Origin: Dehalococcoidia bacterium
Lineage (GTDB): Bacteria > Chloroflexota > Dehalococcoidia > GIF9 > AB-539-J10
Assembly: GCA_021162245.1 (NCBI GenBank)
Contig: JAGGZD010000018.1
Location: 1-62,683, forward strand
Reading direction: 5' to 3'
Length of the DNA: 62,683 nt
Of this stretch, positions 20,875 through 27,736 are shown one piece after another. Within the stretch, counting starts at the first letter, position 1. Every line of letters begins with the position of its first letter. The notes under the pieces were generated by a model. It was not told where the DNA came from, did not search any database, and saw only the letters and a list, made by a program, of their open reading frames with translations. Both the position numbers and the translations under genes were made by a program.

Positions 20875-21495
20875 GTGAAAACGACTAGTTTCTGGAAAGA
20901 ATTTACCAAGGGAATAGTCATCTCGAATCCGCTTTTTGTTCTTGTTTTAGGGTTATGCCCTGCTCTGGCGGTGAGCACATCAGTGGATAATGCACTCGGC
21001 ATGAGCATTGGCGTTACCTTTGTTCTTCTGGGGTCGAATATAATAATATCGGCTATAAGAAAAATCATCCCCAACATGGTGAGAATTCCCATATTCATAG
21101 TCATAATTGCCACATTCGTTACCATCGTAAACCTGGTATTTCATGCCTATGTTCCATCTTTATACGAATCGCTGGGGATATACCTGCCACTGATTGTGGT
21201 TAATTGCATAATACTTGGAAGGGCAGAGGCTTTTGCCTCCAAGAACCCACTACTCCATTCTATTGCCGACGCACTGGGCATCAGCATTGGTTTCATGCTG
21301 GCTTTATTAATCATCTCATTTCTCAGAGAGACGCTGGGAACAGGTAGCCTGTCGATATTTGGCGCCAGGCTGTTCACGCTGCCGATCCTGGGGGAACACC
21401 CTATGGCTATATTCGTACTTCCACCTGGGGCATTCTTGCTTATGGGCCTGCTATTAGCTCTACTCAGGCGACTGGGGGTGATAAAGAGTGAATAA
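20875..21495 (+). CDS. rnfE: Rnf complex subunit E
   Basis: In-frame GTG at 20875 follows GGAGAAGGAG and avoids a 62-nt overlap with rnfG. NPLFVLVLGLCPALAV and the LPLIVVNCIILGRAEAF motif. Confidence 0.88.
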   Translation: MKTTSFWKEFTKGIVISNPLFVLVLGLCPALAVSTSVDNALGMSIGVTFVLLGSNIIISAIRKIIPNMVRIPIFIVIIATFVTIVNLVFHAYVPSLYESLGIYLPLIVVNCIILGRAEAFASKNPLLHSIADALGISIGFMLALLIISFLRETLGTGSLSIFGARLFTLPILGEHPMAIFVLPPGAFLLMGLLLALLRRLGVIKSE

Positions 21496-22063
21496 CCTCA
21501 TTACTATATTCTTGAGCATGGCCCTGCTCAACAACTTCATCCTGGCGAAATTCCTGGGGCTTTGTCCCTTCTTCGGTGTCTCGAAGAAGCTCAGCAACGC
21601 TCTCAGCATGGGCGTGGCAGTCACACTCGTAATGTTTATCGCAACGGTCGCGACCTGGTTCATTAACCATTACATTCTTATTCCATTCGATGTGCAGTAT
21701 ATGAGTATCGTCATATACATACTGGTGATAGCTTCGCTTGTTCAGATAGTGGAGATGGCCATAAAGAGAACGAATCTCACGCTTTACAATGCCTTAGGCA
21801 TATATCTACCGCTTATTACCACGAACTGCGCAGTATTGGGCATCACCCTAATAAATGCCACAGAGGCTTATTCACTCCTCGAAAGCGTGGTATGCTCTCT
21901 GGGCGGTGGTATAGGCTTTACCCTCGTTTTAATCATTATGTCCGGGATACGGGAGAGGTTAGAACTTGCCGACTCTCCCGTGTCAATGAAGGGACTGCCT
22001 GTAGCACTGTTGACAGCAATGCTTCTGGGCCTTACATTCTTCGGATTCGGAGGGATGATATAA
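21488..22063 (+). CDS. rnfA: Rnf complex subunit A
   Basis: 191 aa. NNFILAKFLGLCPFFGVS and LPLITTNCAVLG, typical RnfA/NqrE motifs. Confidence 0.92.
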   Translation: MNNLITIFLSMALLNNFILAKFLGLCPFFGVSKKLSNALSMGVAVTLVMFIATVATWFINHYILIPFDVQYMSIVIYILVIASLVQIVEMAIKRTNLTLYNALGIYLPLITTNCAVLGITLINATEAYSLLESVVCSLGGGIGFTLVLIIMSGIRERLELADSPVSMKGLPVALLTAMLLGLTFFGFGGMI

Positions 22064-22064
22064 C

Positions 22065-22898
22065 TTGACTACAGTGCTTGTCCTCACGGGAATAGGGTTC
22101 GCCTGCGCTGCGCTAATATACTTTATGCACATTGTATTGCCACACAAGGTGCAGGGTCTGGAGAAAACGGAGGAAATTGCAAATACCTTGCCGGGAATGA
22201 ATTGTGGCGCCTGTGGATATCCAGGCTGCTTCGCCTATGCACAGGCGCTGACAAAGAACCCTGACTTAATATCTGAAAGTCCGTGCGCCGTAATGTTGCA
22301 GGATGCTGAAGGGCTGGAACGCCTGGGGAAGATTCTTGGGGTCAGCATAGATGCGGCAGGAATGAGCAAAAGAGCTCTCATACATTGTAACGGAAGCTCA
22401 GAGGTTGTATACGATTACTCCGGAGTTAGAACATGTAAGGCGGCAACACAACTTCTTAAAGGGTATAAGAAATGTCCCTATGCTTGTCTGGGTTTTGGAG
22501 ACTGTTTGGAAGTATGCCCACAGGGTGCGATATACATGGATGATGAGAAAGAAATAGCGGTTGTGGATACGGAGGAGTGCACTGGCTGCGGCCTTTGCGT
22601 AACTGAGTGTCCTCAGAAGCTTATAGAGCTGGTTCCTGAAGGGACAAAAATTGCTTTCCTGTGTAACTATAAACCTTTAAAGAATATACCAGGCAGGGAG
22701 AAGTGCGACTTCGGCTGCATACACTGTCGGAAGTGCTATAAAGCCTGTGAATTCGAGGCGGTAGTGTGGAATAAGGAGAAAGCCATACCTGAATTCGATA
22801 TCGAGAAATGCACTCTTTGCCACAAATGTATAGACGAGTGCCCCAATGGCACGCTGGCGGATTTCACCAGGGTAAAAACTGCTGCCCAGGCCTTATGA
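22065..22898 (+). CDS. rnfB: Rnf complex subunit B (polyferredoxin-type)
   Basis: N-terminal TM, LPGMNCGACGYPGCFAYA, then several CxxCxxCxxxCP ferredoxin motifs; TTG start. Confidence 0.9.
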   Translation: MTTVLVLTGIGFACAALIYFMHIVLPHKVQGLEKTEEIANTLPGMNCGACGYPGCFAYAQALTKNPDLISESPCAVMLQDAEGLERLGKILGVSIDAAGMSKRALIHCNGSSEVVYDYSGVRTCKAATQLLKGYKKCPYACLGFGDCLEVCPQGAIYMDDEKEIAVVDTEECTGCGLCVTECPQKLIELVPEGTKIAFLCNYKPLKNIPGREKCDFGCIHCRKCYKACEFEAVVWNKEKAIPEFDIEKCTLCHKCIDECPNGTLADFTRVKTAAQAL

Positions 22899-22909
22899 GT
22901 GAGTTAGCA

Positions 22910-22982
22910 GAGGCTTTTTCGAAGGCCTGGCGATAGAGCCATCGTGGGAGGGTATAAAACCCTCCCCTACTACACTAATATG
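22910..22982. repeat. Direct repeat A, copy 1 (contains GC hairpin GGGAGGG-tataaaa-CCCTCCC at 22946-22966)
   Basis: 69/73 identical to 23712-23784. Confidence 0.9.
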
Positions 22983-23050
22983 CAACTAGACAAAGTAGTG
23001 GCGGGGTTTTAGCGGTTGGCAGTTTAACTATCAACTGATTCACTGCTTAA

Positions 23051-23152
23051 CTGGTTATTTCCTCCCCTACTGAACAATATGGCATCGATGGCGTAATTGG
23101 ATTGAATTTCATGAGCCAGATAGGTTTGCTGGATTATAAAAGCTCGGTTTGA
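23051..23152 (+). pseudogene. Possible C-terminal relic of a retropepsin-like (clan AA) aspartic protease gene
   Basis: Open frame of only 33 codons, LVISSPTEQYGIDGVIGLNFMSQIGLLDYKSSV-stop. The G-x-DG-h-h-G-h-x-F-h pattern resembles the C-terminal part of bacterial retropepsin-like domains. No start codon or N-terminal part. Confidence 0.3.
23061..23128. repeat. Direct repeat B, copy 1
   Basis: 68/68 identical to 23813-23880. Confidence 0.95.
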
Positions 23153-23170
23153 GGCCGGGAAGGCTTCAAC

Positions 23171-23368
23171 TTAGGCCTGTGTCTTAGGAATAGCGATATC
23201 CAGTTGACGGCATATCTTTCTAGCTAAGAGAATTTCTATCTCTCGGTGACGAGGAACAGCGGCGATATGCCCGTTCTCTGGATTTAGATAAACCGAGTGC
23301 TTGCCACCTTCTCGTTGTAGAATGCACCTTTCTCTTGTCAGATGGTTAACGAGGTCACGGCGTTTCAC
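23171..23368 (-). CDS. hicA: HicA-family mRNA-interferase toxin
   Basis: 65 aa, MKRRDLVNHL...REGGKHSVY...VPRHREI, typical HicA/YcfA pattern. Confidence 0.85.
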   Translation of the reverse strand: MKRRDLVNHLTRERCILQREGGKHSVYLNPENGHIAAVPRHREIEILLARKICRQLDIAIPKTQA

Positions 23369-23372
23369 AACC

Positions 23373-23597
23373 CTAGACCTGAACCTGTATCTTTCTCTTC
23401 AGGGTTTTCCCAGTCACTCCGCTGTCCCGCAATTCCCGCTGGGTTTCCAGTATAAGTTGAACTGCTTCCTTCAGGTTTTCTTGTACCTCGTTGATTGTTC
23501 GCCCCTGACTGAAAGCTCCTGGAACTGCATCTACCCACCCAATATACCATTTGCCACGTTTCTCGATTGTAGCTTCAAATGTCTGCTCCACTGCCAT
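23373..23597 (-). CDS. hicB: HicB-like antitoxin (small UPF0150 type)
   Basis: Start moved to the ATG at 23597 preceded by AAGGAGG. FEATIEKRGKWYIGWVDAVPGAFSQGRTINEVQENLKEAV is the HicB N-terminal fold pattern. 4 nt upstream of hicA. Confidence 0.8.
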   Translation of the reverse strand: MAVEQTFEATIEKRGKWYIGWVDAVPGAFSQGRTINEVQENLKEAVQLILETQRELRDSGVTGKTLKRKIQVQV

Positions 23598-23711
23598 AAC
23601 CTCCTTGCTGACAAACATCAGTATATAGCAACTGGGAATTTAAAATCTACCTTCCCTTCATCATACAGGTATCATATTTAGCTCATTTATTCAAATTAAC
23701 CTTATAATAGC

Positions 23712-23784
23712 GAGGCTTTTTCGAAGGCCTGGCGATATAACCATCGTGGGAGGGTGTAAAACCCTCCCCTACAACACTAATATG
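23712..23784. repeat. Direct repeat A, copy 2 (hairpin GGGAGGG-tgtaaaa-CCCTCCC at 23748-23768)
   Basis: 69/73 identical to 22910-22982. Confidence 0.9.
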
Positions 23785-23796
23785 GAACCGGGCAAA

Positions 23797-23880
23797 GGGG
23801 AGGGTATAAAACCCTCCCCTACTGAACAATATGGCATCGATGGCGTAATTGGATTGAATTTCATGAGCCAGATAGGTTTG
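23797..23880. repeat. Third copy of the GC hairpin (23797-23819) fused to direct repeat B, copy 2 (23813-23880)
   Basis: GGGGAGGG-tataaaa-CCCTCCCC, then 68/68 identity to 23061-23128. The repeat ends exactly at the stop codon of the PilX-like gene. Confidence 0.9.
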
Positions 23881-25197
23881 TTACTTGATTTTCCAGGCTT
23901 CAATGTTCAGGTTTGGGGGTATTGGCTGTAAACCTCCCTCTCCACCGTTCATGTCTATATGCAGGTTTATTGTACCAGGCTCGTTCGGGCCTCCGGAAGT
24001 CCAAGCCGCAGGAGTCCAGATGGCGATATCACCTGTTTGGATTTCATTACCGTTGTTGCCTTTCACATCTTGGTTAAACGAAAGAAGCAATCGTCCATCC
24101 GGTAGCGGCGTCAGAGCAGTAATATTACGCTCAGCGTTAAGAATAATAGAGGTATCGAGATAGAGGCTGAAGCTAGGACTAGACGGAGGTTCAAATTCGA
24201 TTATCTGGTATGGTTCGAAAGTATCACCGCCGTAATCTGATTTTAACTCAGCTCCCTTGTTGGATAAAGAAAAAAGAACATGACCATTTTCCAACCTGCC
24301 AACGGCAGCTATATCGATGCTCTTGTCAAAATACTGTCTCATGTCGTACACAAGTTCGGCGTGGCCCGACTCTGGATCGCCTGTGCCCAATAAGTGAAGC
24401 CTGATTATGTCATCGTTATCACAATCACAAGGAGGATCATTTGTGCCAACGCTGGGCTTCTCTGGGCTTGCCAGAGATATCAAAAGACACTCGTAGCCCC
24501 CATATTCATAATAATGTACGCCGCCAAAAGTGACCTGATCCCCAAGGCCATACAAAGGACCATCGAGATATGCCGCAGAAAATCCCGTAGTCATATTTAG
24601 TGAATAAAGGTCATTGGTTTTGAGTTGTATGGACTCATCATCCGAATTCCACCCTGTGAATGCCATTGCACCCGAGAGGGTAGTAAAGATTACTGTATCA
24701 TCATCAATAGTACTCAAGGCACCTAGGCATTCTCTCGTTTTAAAGTCCCCACCTTCTCCGCCCGCTGCTACTCCTCCAGAATATTGGGCTAATACACGGG
24801 CTACTACTTCACCCATGGTTTCCCCATCTAACTTAGCAGTAGATTTGATGACATACCTTATGCTATCTTCGGCTATCTGCTCAGCATCCAGTATTTTTAG
24901 TTCCACGTTCATTCCGTTTACCTGCTCACCGAGCGAATAGGAATAATCTTTGGACAGTGGACCGGCATATTTTAGTTTCCATAGAGCATCCTCCACCCCA
25001 GCATCGGCGGCGTAAAGCTCCAGGGCGTCCGTTTCTATGAGCTGCTGGTGCTTTATGCTGGTGGCGGCGTGATTGAGGGTAGGAGCCAGGACGATAGCCC
25101 CCAGAGCCAGCACAATGAGCACCATTATCAGAACTTGCCCATTCTGCTTTCGGTTTATTTCTTTCACTGCTCGTTTAATTCTTTTCAACATTGCCAT
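23881..25197 (-). CDS. PilX-N-like pilus-associated protein with a large uncharacterised C-terminal domain
   Basis: 438 aa. N-terminus KQNGQVLIMVLIVLALGAIVLAPTL resembles PilX_N-type anchors. First gene downstream of two minor pilin genes. Confidence 0.6.
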   Translation of the reverse strand: MAMLKRIKRAVKEINRKQNGQVLIMVLIVLALGAIVLAPTLNHAATSIKHQQLIETDALELYAADAGVEDALWKLKYAGPLSKDYSYSLGEQVNGMNVELKILDAEQIAEDSIRYVIKSTAKLDGETMGEVVARVLAQYSGGVAAGGEGGDFKTRECLGALSTIDDDTVIFTTLSGAMAFTGWNSDDESIQLKTNDLYSLNMTTGFSAAYLDGPLYGLGDQVTFGGVHYYEYGGYECLLISLASPEKPSVGTNDPPCDCDNDDIIRLHLLGTGDPESGHAELVYDMRQYFDKSIDIAAVGRLENGHVLFSLSNKGAELKSDYGGDTFEPYQIIEFEPPSSPSFSLYLDTSIILNAERNITALTPLPDGRLLLSFNQDVKGNNGNEIQTGDIAIWTPAAWTSGGPNEPGTINLHIDMNGGEGGLQPIPPNLNIEAWKIK

Positions 25198-25330
25198 TCC
25201 TGTAGCAAGCTTAACATAACAGTTGGGCTTTGCAAATCTTTAACACTGTAAAAATAGCTTATTAGTACCAGCTTGCATGAGAAAATAGTCATATATCAAA
25301 TATAAACATAAATTTTGCTGATTAGCCAGG

Positions 25331-25828
25331 TCAGTCCGGGCGAGGTTTCACCTCAAAAGTTCTCGTCTCAGTTCTCGTGCCTACCTGGACAGTGATGTTC
25401 ACGGTAAGCACTTTTTCTGTACTGTTCCAGCTACAACTGGCGGTGTCGATATATTGAGCGACGAGGGTTCCTGGTGTGCTCTCATTGTAGGAACGCCGAA
25501 GTTCTCCATTCCCCAGAGCGTACTCTACTCTTATAGGGGTGCTCCATGTGCTGGTGCCGTCATCCCACTCCAGATGTTCCATGCTCAGGAATTTTGATGA
25601 CGTCGTGTTTATCGAGCCGGGAGTCGCGGATTGCACATCCCGGTTAATCCAGTTTACCGCGTTGCGTACCTGGTTTATGGCAGTATTGCTGTCGTTGCTG
25701 ATAACCGGAATGGTAACTACCTGGTGTGCGGTCATAGTGGCGGCAACGCCAATTACGCTTGCTATGGCAAGGGCTACTATCAGCTCAATCAAGGTGAAGC
25801 CCTTCTGGTTTTTCATTAACCTGGTCAT
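25331..25828 (-). CDS. Type IV minor pilin (prepilin-type N-terminal cleavage/methylation domain)
   Basis: MTRLMKNQKG|FTLIELIVALAIASVIG: Gly at -1, Phe at +1, Glu at +5. Confidence 0.82.
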   Translation of the reverse strand: MTRLMKNQKGFTLIELIVALAIASVIGVAATMTAHQVVTIPVISNDSNTAINQVRNAVNWINRDVQSATPGSINTTSSKFLSMEHLEWDDGTSTWSTPIRVEYALGNGELRRSYNESTPGTLVAQYIDTASCSWNSTEKVLTVNITVQVGTRTETRTFEVKPRPD

Positions 25829-26301
25829 CGCTCTACCTTATAATCCTCCAGTGTGAACACTATATCTCCCGTACAATTTTCATTATGATAAACTGCGATT
25901 GTTATCTTGCGAATGCCTTCATCATTACTGCCATCACCATCGACATCAAAATCTTCGGCTTTGACCTCGGCACAGTATCCATCATAGTCGTTGGAAAGGA
26001 GTGGAGGCTCATTATTGCCAGGGTCCCACCATCCATCGGGAGGATTTGATGAGTTGCGGGTAGAAGTGGTAATTGTGTAAGACCATGCAGTTGTGGAATA
26101 CGGTTTTTTGCTCTTCACATATTCCATCTGGCTCTGAGCCAATGCAAGGGCTGTCGAGCTCTCATCGCTGATGAAGACGGTTTTAAGAGATGTGCCCAGA
26201 CCACCAAGAAAGACAACGGCAACTATGCCCAGTATAGCCAGTGCTATCAGCACTTCAATGAAGCCTGTGCCTCTCTGCTTTCTCACTAAGTTCCGATTCA
26301 T
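25825..26301 (-). CDS. Type IV minor pilin-like protein
   Basis: KQRGTG|FIEVLIALAILGIVAVV: Gly at -1, Phe at +1, Glu at +5. 4-nt overlap with the next pilin gene. Confidence 0.75.
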   Translation of the reverse strand: MNRNLVRKQRGTGFIEVLIALAILGIVAVVFLGGLGTSLKTVFISDESSTALALAQSQMEYVKSKKPYSTTAWSYTITTSTRNSSNPPDGWWDPGNNEPPLLSNDYDGYCAEVKAEDFDVDGDGSNDEGIRKITIAVYHNENCTGDIVFTLEDYKVER

Positions 26302-26381
26302 TCGGTTTCTCCTGCCAGGCTGCTACCGCTATCCAGACTGGTGAATACAGTTCATCTTTACGCCTGCTATACTTATCTGAA

Positions 26382-27593
26382 TTAAATACCCGTCTGCCCA
26401 TAAATGGAATACATGGCGGAAACCAGAGCCAAGGCAATAAAGCCAACTACTACTCCAATAAATATGGTCATAGCAGGAGTGATAAGTGATACCATGGTTT
26501 TCGTTTTATCGTCGGCTTCAGCCTCATAACTTTCAGCTACGGTGGTTAATGTGCTATCCAGATTACCTGTTTCCTCGCCCACTGCTGTCATTTGCACCAT
26601 AAGAGGCAGAAAAACCTTGTTTTTCGCCATGGGGGCGGATAGGCCTGCGCCGGCAATCATGCTCTGTTGCACTTCAGTCAATGCCTTTTCCATAACTTTA
26701 TTTTTAGTTCCCCGAATAAGCAAAGTCATTATCTCGGGCAGAGGCAATCCACTGCTATATAGCAATACTATATTGCGGCAACACCTGGAGAGCTCATTAA
26801 GGAGGTTGATGCGCCCAACTTTGGGCAGGCTAAGCGATATCTTGCTCCACTGATACTTGCCTGGGGGAGTTCTGCTATAGACAAAGCCAGCGACAACAAT
26901 AGCCAGCAGAGCTAGCAGCAGCCAGAGCCCATACTGTTGCGTCCACTCCGTGAGGGTAAGTAGCGCCCTGGTCGCCGCTGGCAACTGAACATCAAATGCA
27001 GAATACATATTGGCAAAAGTAGGTAAAACAAAGGCGACTAATACGCCAATAACTGCAATAGCTACGATAAGTACGATAAAGGGATATAGCAAGGCGTTCT
27101 TTACACTTTTCTGAGTTGCAGCTGTCCTTTGTAAATAATCAGCCGCACGTCTTAGCACCGTTTCAAGATTACCCGTTCGTTCCCCTACGGCTATCAGGCG
27201 ATGATAAATCTGAGAAAAAGCGTGAGGGTATTTTCCCATAGCTTCCGACAGGGACGAGCCTGCCCGGACATCGGAGATCACGCTGGCGAGTACCTTTTTC
27301 AAAGGGCGGTTGGTTATTTGAGCTTGTAGCAGCTCCAGAGAAGTAACGGCATCGGTGCCTGATTCGATCAACAATGCCAGCTGGCGGGAAAACATTATAA
27401 GCTCGGTTGGGTTTATAGCAGAAAATCGAGAGCTTAATTTCCCTGCGCTGAAGAAGGGTGTAATCTCTTTGAGGCTAAGTATCCGATAGCCGCTGGAATC
27501 CAACGCGTCGGCAGCAGCTCCCTCGTTAGGGGCGGAAATCTTGCCTTTGATTATTCTATTATTTTCGCCACTGGCTACATAACTATAATTCAT
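26382..27593 (-). CDS. pilC: Type IV pilus platform protein PilC (GspF family)
   Basis: 403 aa, two T2SSF repeats, three TM segments, typical ...LSEAM.KYP..FS... motif. Confidence 0.92.
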   Translation of the reverse strand: MNYSYVASGENNRIIKGKISAPNEGAAADALDSSGYRILSLKEITPFFSAGKLSSRFSAINPTELIMFSRQLALLIESGTDAVTSLELLQAQITNRPLKKVLASVISDVRAGSSLSEAMGKYPHAFSQIYHRLIAVGERTGNLETVLRRAADYLQRTAATQKSVKNALLYPFIVLIVAIAVIGVLVAFVLPTFANMYSAFDVQLPAATRALLTLTEWTQQYGLWLLLALLAIVVAGFVYSRTPPGKYQWSKISLSLPKVGRINLLNELSRCCRNIVLLYSSGLPLPEIMTLLIRGTKNKVMEKALTEVQQSMIAGAGLSAPMAKNKVFLPLMVQMTAVGEETGNLDSTLTTVAESYEAEADDKTKTMVSLITPAMTIFIGVVVGFIALALVSAMYSIYGQTGI

Positions 27594-27736
27594 AGCAACC
27601 TCAATCTCTAATGTCTAAGCTCTAAAGCCCAAATTCAAATACCAAAACTCACTTTGTTTTCTCCGCTATCGAGCCGAAGATTTTTACTTTTGTTCTTTTA
27701 TCATATTTCGCCTGCGTTTTAACTGTATTTATCATT

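Noticed and set aside
18193-21125. Long antisense ORFs inside rnfC, rnfD, rnfG and rnfE (217 aa, 116 aa, 161 aa, 238 aa, 92 aa)
   Set aside because: They lie opposite genes with clear Rnf motifs. The translations are low-complexity with no motifs, no RBS and no independent intergenic space.
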